DNA of 64,000 bases from Lama glama. Its lineage: Eukaryota. Position numbers and translations under genes: made by a program. Shown piece by piece: positions 14,252-28,040 of the stretch. The DNA lies in assembly GCA_028534125.1 (NCBI GenBank), contig CM052816.1, forward strand, positions 12,340,001 through 12,404,000, in the 5' to 3' direction. Each line of letters starts with the position of its first letter. The stretch's first letter is position 1. A model generated the notes under the pieces. That model worked only from the letters and a program-made list of their open reading frames with translations. It did no database searches and was not told the origin of the DNA.

Positions 14252-14317
14252 TTCTAAGAAAGACCAAGTCGAGAGAGCAAAAACCAGCAGCAGACAATGC
14301 ACGATCCAGTTCCATGT
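14252..14317 (-). pseudogene. Post-TRP-box exon
   Basis: ctgtttcttcacttacag|ACATGG...TTAGAA|gtaagg, 66 nt. Open in phase 0: TWNWIVHCLLLVFALSTWSFLE. Confidence 0.6.
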
Positions 14318-14609
14318 CTGTAAGTGAAGAAACAGTTTTCACACTGCCTAAGTCCTGAGGCTGTACCAGGAATTAAAGTTATAGTGGATGCTGAACTTTT
14401 CAATAAACCAATCAATGTCACCCACTCATCTATTCATTCACAAAATATTTACCAATTATACGTTTGTGACAGATAGCTGTGCTACTCTCTGGGTAAACAC
14501 TACTGGGAAAAACAGAAACTGTCCCTGCTCTCATAGGTTTTTTCTTACCATCCAGTGTTACATCTATGTAAGTGTTACGCCATGCATAGGCTTTATTCTA
14601 ATCTGATGT

Positions 14610-14790
14610 CAAATATATAACATATACACACACACACACACATACGTATATATACGTATACATATATATGTATGTCAAGCTTTGAATTCAATATATATGT
14701 ATATACATATAATATACATGTATATATAAGTGCATGTATGTATTTGAATCCACATATATGTATAACTGAATTCATATGTACGTATGTATT
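14610..14790. repeat. (TA)n/(CA)n compound microsatellite
   Basis: Directly visible. Confidence 0.9.
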
Positions 14791-16015
14791 TCAAGCTCTG
14801 CTCGGGAGTTTTTGTCGTGGGCAGTGGTTGGATCAGAACTGGAGCCAAGTGGACCTGTGTTTGGAAGAGGGCTCCATTGCTTACGAGCTGCTTTCTGGAA
14901 AATTTACCCTCCATCTCTACTGACTTAGGAGTCTTTCTACATACAATGAGGATAATGATAGCTGCTCCATCTAGGGCTGCTAGATTTCAATGAATTAAAT
15001 CATCATTCCACGTAGCAGCTGGCACACCCAGAATCCTCTATAAATTTGGGCTTAAATTTTTCACTTGGAGATGCTCTTTTTGCCACGCAGCTGCTGGAGG
15101 ACTATCACTACACTTCTCCAGCTTCCCTGATGAAGCTCGTCACTGAGGGCTACTCAGCCATCTCTAAGTAGTTCACGTGGGTAGAGGCAGGCTGAGGCCC
15201 AGGCACTGACTGCAGCCTGCTTGATTCCTGTTCATTCCCATGCAGGATTCTCAGGCTCTGGCTCCCTGTAAATGACTCAACGCCTGGGGAAGGTCCATAC
15301 CCTCACATGTTCCTGCCAGCTTCACGGAGGTATGTGGGCCCTGCAGCAGCGGACAGCAGAACCAAATGAGTCAAATTCCACCTCTGGGAAACTGCGAAGG
15401 AAGCACAGCTGCTCCACCTCCAGAGGGAACAGCTACCCAGCTAACCTTCCACCAGCCAGCCTCTAGGAACCAGGACGCAAAGGAGAAATCTGCTCGGCAG
15501 CACCCTTTCCACCAGCCAACCTATGAGGCAGCGGATGGAACCCCTGCGCTGCCTGAGCCCTGGCGGCCAGTCCTCTGGCTGCCACCAGGCCACCTCGGCG
15601 GGCCGATCAGCAAGGCCACCAGGTCTGGCTCAGGAGTAAGCCTGCAAGAGTAGCAGGCACGGTTTTCGCAGGGTCTCACTGTGTGCACCGCACTCTGCCA
15701 GCTCCTGCCAGTTGACAGTAATTGAAGCAGGTGCTACATTAATATTTATCATTCCTCTTTCAAACAGCATTTGATCTGAGTGTGAAGTGCCACGCACAGA
15801 AACTTTCCCACGAGCCAGGTCTCTGGTGTCCCACTTCTCTCCTTGACTCCCGCTCCCTGAAAACTGGGAGCTAGACTTTTCAGTTAATTAGGGGAGGACC
15901 AGTTCTGAGCTACCACAGTGAAGCTGATGAAATGTCCATTTTCTCATAGGTCTGTCTGGGGTTCTTTTCTGCTGGATCTCATCAAGGACACCCCCTCAAA
16001 GTGCTGAAGGTGTGT

Positions 16016-16488
16016 GTCAGGTTCCTAGGACTGCTGTAACAATGCACCACAAACTGGGGGGCTTAAAATGATAGAAATGTATTCGTTCATAGGCCTGGAA
16101 GCCAGATCCAAAAAAATGAAGGTTTCGACAGGGTTGGTTTCTCTGAGGGGCTCTCGGGAGAATGTCTTTCATGCCTCTACCCAAGCTTCTGGTAGTTCCC
16201 AGCAGTCCTTGGTGTTATTTGGCTTGGGGCATCGTACTTGCCCCAAGTTCAATCTCTGCCCCCATCTTTACATGGACTCTTTTTCTGTGTGTCTCCTCTC
16301 TGTCTTTCCACCTCCGAATCTCTCTCTCCATAGAAGGGCAACACATACTGGGTTTAGGGCCCACCCTAATCCAGTATGACCTCACCTTATATCCGAAAAG
16401 ACCCTATTTCCAAATATAGTCATATTCACAGGTACCAAGGTTAGGATTTCAGCACATTGTTTCGAGGGACACAATTCAACCCACAACA
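16016..16488 (-). mobile_element. MLT1 (MaLR) solo LTR
   Basis: tg..ctgctgtaacaa..caccacaaactgg..ggcttaaa ... acaattcaacccacaaca; TG...CA ends. Confidence 0.85.
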
Positions 16489-16634
16489 GAGTAGGATAAA
16501 GGACTGATCCAAGTTCTGTTCTGTACTCAGGGAAGTTTCTTTGAAAATTTTCCTGGTCTATGTGGTGGAGCTAGAACCAGAATTCAGAGTCATGGCTGTC
16601 CACTCAATGACTAGAGAAAGTCATAGGAAAATGG

Positions 16635-17428
16635 TATATTCAATTTCCATTATTCATGGTAGTTCAGTTGTATTTGTGACTACTTTATACAGAATTTACA
16701 AATATTAAATGACTACTCCTAGAAGAAATTCAGGGTTAGGTTTCTGTGAGGCTCTGGTCTCAACATTTTTTATCAACTGATAAACACATAGCCTTGTTTT
16801 TTGTGTGTGTTTCTGTTTAAGGACATCTTACTTCATCTGTAATGTTACTTGTTAACCTTGAACTCATAGCCAAGAGCTCTATAACGCATGTCTTAATCCA
16901 ACAAAAGCTTCTCTAAAACACGTGTTTCCTCCATAAGGCACATTACAGGTTTCTTGTACCTAGGAACACTAGACAGCAGTATGCTTGGGGTCCATTTTAA
17001 ACAGCAAGATCATCAGCAAAAAGCTCAAAAATGTGAAGAACATAGAAGTAAAGAAACTTAAACAGGACAGTTACAGTATGTGAAGGAAACCAGAAGGCAG
17101 AACACTGCCACGATCAATCTCAACTGGGAACGTGCATGTCAAGCAACTCAAATTTTTTGCTGCACTTAATACGTCCGTGTGTGACTGTGAAAGCACCATC
17201 ATGACTATTGATTTTAGATTATAAATAAATTATAGCAAATGGGAAAATTTACAAATAAGGAACCTGCAAATAATTGGTTGTTCATTGCAACCAGTAGGTT
17301 TCCTGTAGGAGGGCACCCTTCTCAGCTGCAGATGCCAAAATAAGTGAATTGATGTTAGGACTGCAAAAAAATTATAATAAGTAGGCAAATTCACAAACAT
17401 GGAATCTATGAACAATGAGCACAGACTG
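16635..17428. mobile_element. Tigger3/GOLEM-like DNA transposon with a duplicated terminal segment
   Basis: cagggttaggtttctgtgag.. internal signature; terminus gtaggcaaattcacaaacatggaatctatgaacaatgag, with a similar terminus near 17230-17275. Confidence 0.75.
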
Positions 17429-17839
17429 GGTATTGCAGCCATTTCTAGCAGGTTGTGTATCAGAAGTGCGCCCATGTCATCTGCAGATTCCAAAATGGGT
17501 GGAGGCTGACTATCAGAGCCCACAGCAATATTACTGCAAGTACTGGTGGGCCCCAGGATAGATGGAGCCAGTGGATCACCCATCTCCGCCTAGTGCATCA
17601 TCCTGAATAAAACTTAGATGATAAAATCTACACCAGGGGAGGACAGAAAGAGACTGACTCTGACTGACTATATTCATAAATATAAAAATAATGGAGTTAC
17701 CCAGAATTCATCAGAATTATTTTTTCCTGCTGACAGGTAAAAGGGAGACATGACACAGAGATTAAATTGAGTTACCAAGAAATAGTTAAAATTTTTTTCT
17801 CACCTGTGCTGCGGATTGTGAAATATATACAATACACAA

Positions 17840-18340
17840 TAAATACTTATTCAGTGCCTCCCATGTAAAAGGCACCATACTGGGGGGTGAGGATATGAAA
17901 GTAATGTAGACACGGGCTTAATTAATGAGGAAGACAGATGTTGAACAGGTAATAACAATGGATACTCAATATTCGCAAATACATCCCTAATACCTAGTCT
18001 ACTCCCTGTTTAGAATGATGTTTGAATGTAGTTGTCAGTGAGCCTGTCCTTGAGAAAATGGTATTTAAGCTCATACGTGAGGATGAACTAGCCTCACAGT
18101 TTAGAAGGAAGTGGTATTCCCAGCAGAAGTACCCATGTTTGTGAAGTTCAGAAGCTAGGGAGAACAAAGTGAGTTAACAGAACGGAAAGTTTAAGCGGGA
18201 CTACAGTGTAGTGCGCGAGGAGGAGTACGGTTCAAAACTGGGCCATGAGAAGCACAGAAGCAAGAATGTCGGTGTCAGCAACATTAAGGAGCTCGGCATC
18301 AGAAGTGTTCACTCTAAAATGGAGTGGAACACCAACTTCA
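17840..18340 (-). mobile_element. L2 fragment
   Basis: aataaatacttattcagtgcctcccatgt.. followed by a purine-rich body. Confidence 0.55.
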
Positions 18341-18454
18341 AAGTTCAGCTACTATAAGGAAAAAGAGCTCGACTTAGGGCAACAATTCTTCCACGAACAC
18401 CAAAGCCCCCAAGACCCTCCTGGGGCACCCATGAGCTCAAAACTGTGTTCGTGG

Positions 18455-19705
18455 TAATACTAAGACGTTGTTTGCCTTTTTCACTGGATTGACATTTGTA
18501 CCGAAGGTGCAAAAGCAACGGTGAGAAAACTGCTGATGCACACAAGAAAAAACAACAACAAAAAAGCCAATTTTCAAAGAATATCCTTATTGAAGCAGCA
18601 GAAGCAGTATAAATTATTAAGCTTTTATATTTTAATCTTGAATACACATGTCAATATTATATGCTATTAAATGACAAAATGGGAAGTATGTATGGGGCTT
18701 CACTGCCGCATACCCACACAGGATGATTGTCTTAGTGAAAAAACACGTGTGTGAGCATTTGACTGAAAGTTGAACTGTTCAATTTTTTTTTTCCCCATGA
18801 AATGTAAACTCTGGTTGTTCAGACTTGGAAACCTGACATAAAAATGTCTTGAGAATTTCTTGAGAAAAATAAAGTGAGCCTGTCACTGTAAGGAAAACTG
18901 ATATTTGTTGAAGATAAGATTTGAATGGAAAAAATGAGAGTTTTGAAAACCATAAGCTTGACAGCTTTCCAATACGTAAGAACTATTCTGATAACATTGA
19001 TGGTGCCATTAACAGATGTGATTTTTTGATACTATATAATAAAATGTGACAATTTTTGAAAAATCTTCATAACTCAGTGAATCAGTATCTTCCAAGGAAC
19101 CAGAGCATGATTTCATAAAATCACAAATTGCTAAAATATTCATTAAGAATGCAGGCAGACCACTGTATCATAACATAAGAGAGTACAAAATTTTACCAAA
19201 AAGTGTTCAGATTCCATATCACATCTGATCTTTAAGAAACTATCACTTGTTGAGTTTTGGTAAAGTTTCTAAGAAAAATATTCACAATTATCTGTAAATG
19301 TTATTAAAATATGCCTTCTTTTTCAATTACGTATCTCTGGGTGGTCAAATTTTTTTTCAGACTCCTCAACCAAAACATCATCTTGCAACAAATGAAATGC
19401 AAAAGAAAATATAAGAATCCAGTTGTCTTCTATTAACCCAAAAATTAAAGATGTATTTTGAAATGGTTAAAAATGTAACTGTTCTAATTTTGTTTTGAAA
19501 AACATGAGTTTTAAGTAAAAATATATATTGATATTACCATGTAATTGGTTTGTTAATGTTATTTTAAGTGATGTAGTAAATAGTATTTTTTAATGTTCTG
19601 TTTTAAATTCTAATATGGTAAATCATAGATATAAACCCCATGAACAAAAGATCTTTGGCGTCCTCAATAATTGAGATCCCAAGGCAAAAACATTTCAGAA
19701 CCGCT
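18455..19705. mobile_element. Charlie1-like hAT transposon fragment
   Basis: gacatttgtaccgaaggtgcaaaagcaa transposase remnant; ends ..aaacatttcagaaccgct. Confidence 0.8.
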
Positions 19706-20379
19706 CATACAGCAGAAGATGGACTTTTATAAAGTCAGTGGCCTGGACTCCACTTCCTTCTGCATCACTAATCAGCAAAGTAACCCTAGATAAACAACTG
19801 AGCCCTCCAACACCAGGTTCTTCTTGCATAAAGAGTAGTAATCATCATAAATGCTCACAGGGTCCCTATAAGGTCCCTCTAATGCTACTCGTACATGTGG
19901 AGATAGTCTATACCCTCCAAAGCACTATACAGAGATTACTTCCCTATCGTTATTTAGGACCGTAACAGTTTACCCTGAAATATGAGTCACGTTAGTAATA
20001 ATTGCCTTTCTATGATAAAAATGAAAACATGGATCAGCTAAATCATGCTGCAAACATTTTTATCTCATCCTTAGCACAGGCCCATTTGACTGGTTTTCAT
20101 TATTTTTTGAAGTCTTTAGAAACCTCAGAAATTCTGATGACAGATAAGATCAATTTGGAAAATGGCTTCCTAAATAATTATTTTGGAGTGCGCATGGATA
20201 TTGCAGCAAAACTCAGGAAAAGATTCACAATGACCTGCAAGTAATGAGTACTAGTGTGGCTGCATGACCCATCTGTGAGATCCAAACTAAAAGACAGAGA
20301 TAAGATACTCTGATCACTGACTTCCTGCTAATAGGGTCAAGGAACGTTAGTGCCTGAAGCAACACTGGCAACCTTTTCA

Positions 20380-20592
20380 TCAGATACTAACTACTATATA
20401 TAGAATTGATAAACAACAAGTTTATACTGTATAGCACAGGAACTATATTTAATATCTTATAGTAATTTATGGTGAGAAATATGAAAACCAATGTATGTAT
20501 GTTCATGTATGATCGAAGGATTCTGCTGTACACAAGAAACAGACAACAGTGTACACTGACTATACATCAATCTATATAAGAAAGAAAAAAAA
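20380..20592 (+). mobile_element. Young L1 3' end fragment
   Basis: 3'UTR similar to the copies at 33860, 55258 and 57504; A tail. Confidence 0.85.
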
Positions 20593-21670
20593 ATCTCTTC
20601 TAAAAATCTCTGACAACTTATCCAGTCTCTACTTAAATATTTCTATTAGTTGGAGACATACCTCCTCGTAAGGTAGTTCATTTTGTGCATCACAATTTTT
20701 TTTCCGTATGCATACCTAATCATACAAAAAGTTAATGATCTTCTTCAACTTCTAAAAAGTTTCCAACTGATACTGATGCTGCGGGTCAGGGACCACAGTC
20801 TGAGCGGTATTGATCTAGGGGTTGCAGCACAATTCCTCACACGGCTTACTTGGTAACATGTTCTGAGTTACATGCAACTGAACTTCAAGAGAACGCTGCA
20901 CAGATTTGAGACCGTCTGGATGGTGAACTCTGAATAACTGTTTGTTAATAGGAGAGCAGTGGTGTGAGTAATCCACTACCATGAATAATCCAAAAGCCAT
21001 TTCAGCTTGGTTTTGGAAGACGTTCAAGTCAGGGCTTAATTTTGCAGAAGCACTGGATTTGCCTTCGTAAATAGGTTTTTTGCTGAGGCCCATGTTAAAA
21101 CTGAGTGACTGTTTCCTGGTTGAACACATGCTTTCCACAGTGGGGGAGGCAAGCCAGCCAGCCTGGCGTGTTGGCCATGGAGACAAACTGGCACTCATGA
21201 TTCACAAGGCAGACAAAGGATAACTGAGAACCGAGCCCACGTTAAGACACTTTAAATTTTGTAGTTCCTAAAAATACACAAGAGAGTTGGGAAGATTTGG
21301 GTTAGACTCATCAGTTCTTCTTTCTATTCACTCCTCAAGCTAATTAAACCCATGTAGCTTATGGTATCCCAACTATTTCCCTTGTACCCTGTGTCTAAGC
21401 CCTCAACACACATACAAACACACACACACACACCCCTGTGTGAGTGTATATGATTTTGTCTTAAGGAGATCATAAAAAAAAATGCTCCCTAAAAGCTCAC
21501 AAATTCTATTATTACAACTGATAAGAATGTCATCATTTGTGGTAGGAGGTAGTTACAGTCTATAAAAGTGATTTCTGAATGTCAGCTTGTGGATCGGCTG
21601 CAACAGGATAACCTGAGAACATAGACAAAATACAGATTCCTTCTTCTCCTCCCCACAGCTGAAACTCTGG

Positions 21671-22126
21671 TGTTACTAGGTGTCTCTATCCGGATCTAAC
21701 TTCCCACCGACACAGCCCCACTGCATCACACCTCTGGTGTGCTCTGTGCACTGCTCACTTCTTTCCACAGGTCTTTCCTTTGGATGCTGAGGTGACAGAT
21801 GCTCCTGGGAGTCATGAGGAACCCGGTGCCCCACGGGGAGAACCTTGGACCAATGGGAGGCTGGGGTGAGCAGACCAATGACCTCTTTCTTCCCTTGCAC
21901 GAACTGACACGAGAAGCAGTCTGTCAACTTCTCTGAAGGCAGCCCTCCAAGATGGAGCTGAGCCCCCTTCCCTTCCCGTGGTTGCTAATGTGGTAGCAGG
22001 TTATACTGGCTCAGAGTCTCTCACTCCCTCCCTGCCTCACACCCATTCTCCTTCAATTGGCTCTTCCTAAAATGGTACCGCAAAAGCCTTCACTCAGGCT
22101 CTGCTCTCTCAACACTCAGGCTAAGA
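21671..22126 (+). mobile_element. LTR16-like ERVL LTR
   Basis: gaaccttggaccaatgggag.. and terminal ctcaggctctgct..caggctaaga. Confidence 0.65.
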
Positions 22127-23549
22127 TCCTTTGGAACGTTCCAGCTCCAAGGTTCATACAAAGGAAAGTGTTGCTTTCAGCTCCCACTGGGGATAGAGCA
22201 AAAGAGGAAGAAGAAAGCTAGCATTTGAAATAACTAGAGGATTGTGTTTTGGCTCCTTTACAACTATTGTTGGAAAAAGCCTACCTGTGCTCTAAGCATT
22301 CAACACAAACACTGCCACAGCTTTGTCAACAAGGAGGGGCACGGTTGCAAACAGGCAAATCCTGAATGGCTTGTCTTTTCTCATAGGATAGTTCTCACTC
22401 TTGGTCTGCCCCCAGGCCTGAATAGAACTCACTGTCCCGGGGATCCCGTCTATTGAGGCCCTGCCTTGTACAGGCCCTCCCCATGAAAGGAGCCAGATGA
22501 GCCTCCTGAAACCAACCTCAGAAACTAAAATGATCCTTTCAGGCCTCACTCCAGGTGGAACTGAAAAACCATGGCGATCTCCCCAGAAATGAAGCAGTCT
22601 GGGGAAAGCGTGGCTCCAAGCCAGAGCTAGACGTGAGCAGGTGTGCCTCAAGAGACAGGTTTCCAGAACCTTCTCCAGGCGAACAGAATTAACATGTGTT
22701 TCCTTTCTCCTCTCTTCTAAGAAAGTCTGTCCAACAGACCCAGAAAAACAGCAAAGATAAAGGAAAGGAAAATAGTTATTTCAGAAATCCTTAGAAAGCT
22801 TGTATCTATATATGCTGAGCGAAACAGAGTTGAAACGCGTCTAAATCATACAAGCTCCAAAAATACTGGCCTGGAATACGTTTTCAGACGTGAAAGCACT
22901 GGATAATTGTGGTCTCTACTGCATGTGCCGTACCTGCTGCATTTGCTAGCATATGTAAACTCAGCAGAGTTCTCCATAGTCATAACGACCTTAGTGCCAA
23001 GATGCAAATCAGATAAATGAACAATTTCTAACATGGTCCTGCCAGGGAAAGAATAATAATGCAAACCTTTGTGTGTGTGTGTGGGGGGGGGGTTGTTTCC
23101 AAACACAATACTTGTTTTCTGAATCAATGTATAGTGGGTTTAAAAATGGATGGTGGGCTATTATATTACAATTCAGAAAATACATATTAAGCATATAATG
23201 CTAAGTTCTATGCTGAGATTACTTTGTAGTAATAAACACACATGCATAAAACATGACTGCAACAGGACAGTGATTCCTCCCATTTTACAGTGAAGAAACA
23301 AGGGCTCTAAGAGGGTAAGTGATACAGTCCTGTTCACAAGGTTAATGGGGGAGCTACTACTCGAGCTCTTGTTCCTTTTGATTCTAAGTTTAGAGCTCTT
23401 TCCTGCACACCAAATGCTCCCATAGAGTCCCAGCCTCTGGATTCTTGGTTCAGTGCCAGCGCCTCCAGAAGTGAACAGCTCTGCGCCGTCACTCTGGCCC
23501 CAACTCAGGACTGCCGAGGCTTTACAATGCAAGCCATGGACATGAGGAC

Positions 23550-24025
23550 CCGGCATCCACCCTTCTCCCCAGGAAGTGTCACGTCTGAACAGGCCCATGC
23601 CCTTCTGGTTACAGTTGATTCATCTGCCGGCCAGCAGCTCACTCAAGTCAAAACAACCAGCTCCATTTCCTATGATGTCTGCACTTGGAACCAGAGAGTC
23701 AGACTCCTCTTTCTGGAGACTGTATGTCTTCCAATACAGAACTCAGAAGCTACTGATCGCATTCTTTTGCTCCTTGAGGAGACAATGAGAGAGAATGAAA
23801 CTGACTCTAGAAAAAAGCACTGTTGAGAGTCAGGGGGAAAGACTTGGCAGCGCTGAGTTCCTGGATCCATTTGTTCTTGTAGTTCAGTTGCCTATCCGCC
23901 TTTTTTGTTGTGTGTTTATTCAACCCTTCCTCAAATACTGAGAGTTAACAAATTTCCTTCTTGGGCTGAACTTAATTCAAGATTTATTTCTCTCATGCAT
24001 AACCAAAAATAACTCAACCTACTAC
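23550..24025 (+). mobile_element. Old MLT1 (J/K-like) LTR
   Basis: gagttcctggatcca..aacaaatttcctt..taaccaaaa terminus. Confidence 0.55.
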
Positions 24026-24065
24026 AGTATCCAATGATAAAACAGACCAAAAAGTACCAGGAAGC

Positions 24066-24150
24066 GGGGAGGGTAATAGCTCAGTGGAAGAGCACATGCA
24101 GCATGCACAAGGTCCTCGGTTCAATTCCCCAGTACCTCCATTAAAAAAAA
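24066..24150 (+). mobile_element. Vic-1-type tRNA-derived SINE (camelid)
   Basis: GGGGAGGGTAATAGCTCAGTGG (A box) ... GGTTCAATTCCCCAGTACCTCCA (B box) followed by an A tail. Confidence 0.85.
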
Positions 24151-24299
24151 CGGCAAAACCACTTGGTCCTTTAGGAAGGTACACACTTATTTTACTGAGG
24201 CCTATTTTTGTGACCACACTGGACCCTCTCTTGCTATCTGACTCACCCAGTCTCAGCCTCATCCACCCAGCAGAGCCCACATACCTCATCTGGGTCCAT

Positions 24300-25170
24300 T
24301 CACACCATCTGGCAACCACAGGACAGCTCTCCCCACTCCCACATCAACCTGCTTAAACTACATTTCCAGGGCCATCATTCTGGGCTGAGAAATGAAGTCT
24401 ACTTTGGCTCTGTGATGCCAGGATACATACATACCAAGTGCTAACTTCCCTGCCTGGCACCTTCCTAGGAGGCCCAGATATAAACTTTGGAATGAGAAGG
24501 TTTCTCTCCTACCCTTTCAGAACTATTAAGGCCTAGACAGGAGAGCTCTGTGGCTGGGGCCAGGAGAAGAGAGTGTCTCATGTTGGATCCCTTAGGTGTA
24601 AGCTTCAAGTAAAGATTTGGAAGGTCGTGATTTATGAAAGGAGGGCTTTACTAGAGACCTCATCAATTCCCACAGTTCAGGCCCCTTATGCGCCATTCCA
24701 ACCTTGCTGCCCTATAGAATAACTAAGCCCCTCTTGCTCCTGATGACTAAGCGTTGCCCTCTGGCCTCTGATCATCTAGAATCCTATTATCTCCACTGGC
24801 ACAGGAAATCTCAGTTCTGTACCAGCACCTTGTACTGTCTATCTCAGCCTATACTGACAACCCCACCGAGCTTCTGAAGGACTCTGCGATGCAGGCCCCA
24901 ACCTCCCCAGTGTGTTCCTCATCACTTTGGTAAATGGAACATGCTCGGGGCTCTTTCCAGGATATCGTGGGTTGGTGGGTTTTCTGTCCTTGCATGGAAG
25001 AGTCATTCCACCACACCATTCTCTCAGCCTCCTGATGCCTTCCTCCACTGTCACCATGGCAGTTCTGCATCTCTGCGCCACCTAATACGGGATGTCCCTG
25101 TATCCAAGCTCCTAAGGCTTATCCCAGAAACGTATTTGGACCAAGTAGGCCTACTCTGTACTTGTAGTTA
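24300..25170 (-). mobile_element. ERVL-class internal (gag) remnant
   Basis: ORF 24839-25081 (VEEGIRRLRE...PFTKVMRN..GPAS) resembles ERVL gag VEEGIQRLREIG..PFTNTLRNRFVRAAPAS. Confidence 0.7.
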
Positions 25171-27543
25171 GTATATAAGAGCCAACTCGTGTGGCCTCTT
25201 TGGTCTATAATTCCTTCTACAGCTTAGCAGGTCCAACACTTGTCATCTGCCCCTCACTACTGGTCTGGTTACCAGGAGAGAAGGAGGACAAGGCAGATCC
25301 TAAAGACCAGCAATGGCTTATAAGGCACTTGTCTCATTTGCGATTTATCCATAGCCTCAAGCAAAAGGCAGGGGCTGGTGGGTGGAGTGGGTTCTATTTC
25401 CCACAAGGGGAAGTCAGACACTTCTGCAGGCACAGAGGGATCAAAGGGACCTAGAAGTTCAAGGACATCTTCCCAGATATCTTTATCCCCATCTCAAGAC
25501 CATACTCCTTCTCTGTGGGCCCTGTGTTGGCAGAGGAGTCCTGCCTAAACTGATTTTCATCTTTCTACCAAGTTCTGTTTCTCTCCCAGTTACATTATCT
25601 GCATAGTCCTCGGCTCTTCTGCCCTCCAGCTGCAAGTGATAAAGGTCTTTTCAAATGCTGTTATGCTGCCAAGGAGGCTCCCTGACCCTCATGCTTTCCT
25701 TGAAACTGGGTATTGATTCTCCTGGGCTTGTGTTTTTCCCTCTTTAGACGTCAGTGGCCGTCAGCACAGTGTCATTATAGTTAGTATTGTCCTTCATCTT
25801 TCAAATGCCTTAGATCCTGCACGTGAGCTGGTGTCCTCCTCCTTGTACTGTACTAGTTCAATGTGAGTCAAAGTCTTAGCAAGTGCACTGCAACCTCATG
25901 TAGGGGTTGCTGCTACTCCACCTGCCATCGGTGACAGTGTCTTCATCGCTAACCGGTGGTGGGTGATCCAACTCCAAAACTTGCTCCCAGCCAGCTGCTT
26001 CCTAGGACCACCTCTCATAGGCAGGTTGTGTAGGAGCACAAACTAAGATAGAAATTCAGGGGCTGTATTAGGTAAGTGACCTTTGGGTTTCCTTCTGTCT
26101 GGGCTAACACAATTTTGTGCTCCTGCTTCTTTCTCTGTATCTACTTCATTGTCCACTTGTCCACCATTCTCTTCTTATTCTCTCTCTCACTCTCAAGGCA
26201 AACTTTCTCTATCCCTGTGTGCACACTGCCAAGAATGACAGTCAAAAGCCAGTTTAAACCTCTTCTCTTCAAATAACAAATGATCTTTAAAGTATCTCTA
26301 ATTTCAGTTTCTAGATTTAGAAAAAATCTAATTTGCCTAGCCATGGTAAATGCCCATTAGTTATGGCCATGTGTGGTTGAGAGGGTAATGTAACATCATA
26401 AAGACACTTCTTGGAACTATTCTTGCAGGTGGCTGGAACTTAACTTACAAAAAAGAATGACAGGTCAAGCAGGCACTCCAAACTTTTCTATTAGAGCTTC
26501 CTTCTTCAGAAATAAACCAGCCAGCTTACTGACCTAAGAGTTAACGTAACATACAGAATGAAAATTTCCACTATTTTCTGACAAAATATTCCCTTGGCTT
26601 CAAGATGTACAAGAAGTAACACAGCATTGTGTAAAGACCAGTAGAATGGAAGCTTCTCGAGGCAAAGAAGTCTGTCTATTTTGTTCAGGAATGTACTCCC
26701 AGCATACATAAAATTACCTAGGTCACAGTGAGTTGTCAGTAAATTTCTCAAATGAACAAGTTAACAAACGCCTGATGTTAGATCTGTTTTACTGTCCTAG
26801 GTCCATGCACTGGATTCTGGCTCAGTTTTCTTGTCTATAAAATGGGGGTAATAATAACAACACCTATTTTACAGGGTTATTTGGAGGGTGAAGTAAATAC
26901 TGATGACCAACAACTATCACACTGACCACAGTTCCAAGCAGATAGTAAGTATTCAGTAAGTGAGAGCTATTATTAAAAGAGTCATGCCAGGACACAACCA
27001 TGGCTGCTGAAAGAAAGCAAGCTTAGTTGGCAATGGCTTCTACAATGAAAACAAGCCATAGAATGTGGAGTAAACAACACTTTCCAAGGGAAAAATTGCA
27101 TTTTGTGAATTGAGACAATACAGATAAGTAATTAGAGCAGAATCAAAGGCAGTCATCCCTGCATAAAGTAGACCCTTTCAACTGGTCAGAAAAAATTCAC
27201 TAAAAGCAACAGAAGCAACATCAGTAAAACTGTTCACATAAACATCCCTTTTGACAGTGCTATCTCTAGAGAATGAGTGGTCTTCACCCTACCTTCTCCA
27301 CCAAAACTGGCACAGATTTATGTTGGAGTGATGTGAGGAAAGCAAACATACTCTGGCTGCTACCTCTACACTGTGCAAGAGGCCTTCAGAATACAGGAAA
27401 GAGTAATTTTGAGCTAATCGCTGCTGTAATGAAGGCTGTGTCTCTTCTACCTGCCTTTTTTTTTTCTTCTCCTTTTCTCCCCGCCCCTTGCAAACAGCAC
27501 AGATGGGGAGGAGAGAAGCAGACGATTCAAACTGGTACATTAC

Positions 27544-27677
27544 GTGGGCACAAACAAGTTAAGGAAAAACATCTTTGCATGGTGAGAAAAATTCCACTCC
27601 TTTCTTGGACAATTTCTGAAGTATTGGAAACCATGGTAACTAATATAAATGTAGCCACTGCACTGTACATTCTCAGT
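27544..27677 (-). pseudogene. TRPC-like fossil exon: S6 and TRP box
   Basis: ttttttattgtttcag|ACTGAG...CCCAC|gtaatg, 134 nt. Reads MYSAVATFILVTMVSNTSEIVQE, then after a frameshift KEWNFSHHAKMFFLNLFVP (cf. [26 protein letters not shown]...PFNLVP). Confidence 0.7.
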
Positions 27678-27837
27678 CTGAAACAATAAAAAACAAACTT
27701 AATCCATTTTTTAAAAAAGTTAAAAATAAACTTAACTTTGACAACAGACTTAAATAAGCTTCTTATTCCTGCTTATAAAAATTTACGAAAATTGGGCATT
27801 TTGAAAGACAAAGAATGATTTAGATTTAGTTTGTCTA

Positions 27838-28040
27838 AATATATACACACACATAACACATTATATAATAATACATATATTATCCTATGTATTATATATT
27901 TTATATTACATATCATCATATATTGTATTATATATGCATGTATATATATTATATATATGCTAAGTGTATTCAGGAAAGATAGTATTATTTGAATAATTAT
28001 ATATTAAATATGAGTATGTTAGTAAGTATATATAATATGC
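27838..28040. repeat. AT-rich (TA)n-like low complexity
   Basis: Directly visible. Confidence 0.85.

Noticed and set aside
27575..27640. VQERSGIFLTMQR read as a TRPM/TRPV WKFQR box
   Set aside because: It lacks the Trp (the codon is CTC). The shifted frame KEWNFSH has it and agrees with the other TRPC features.
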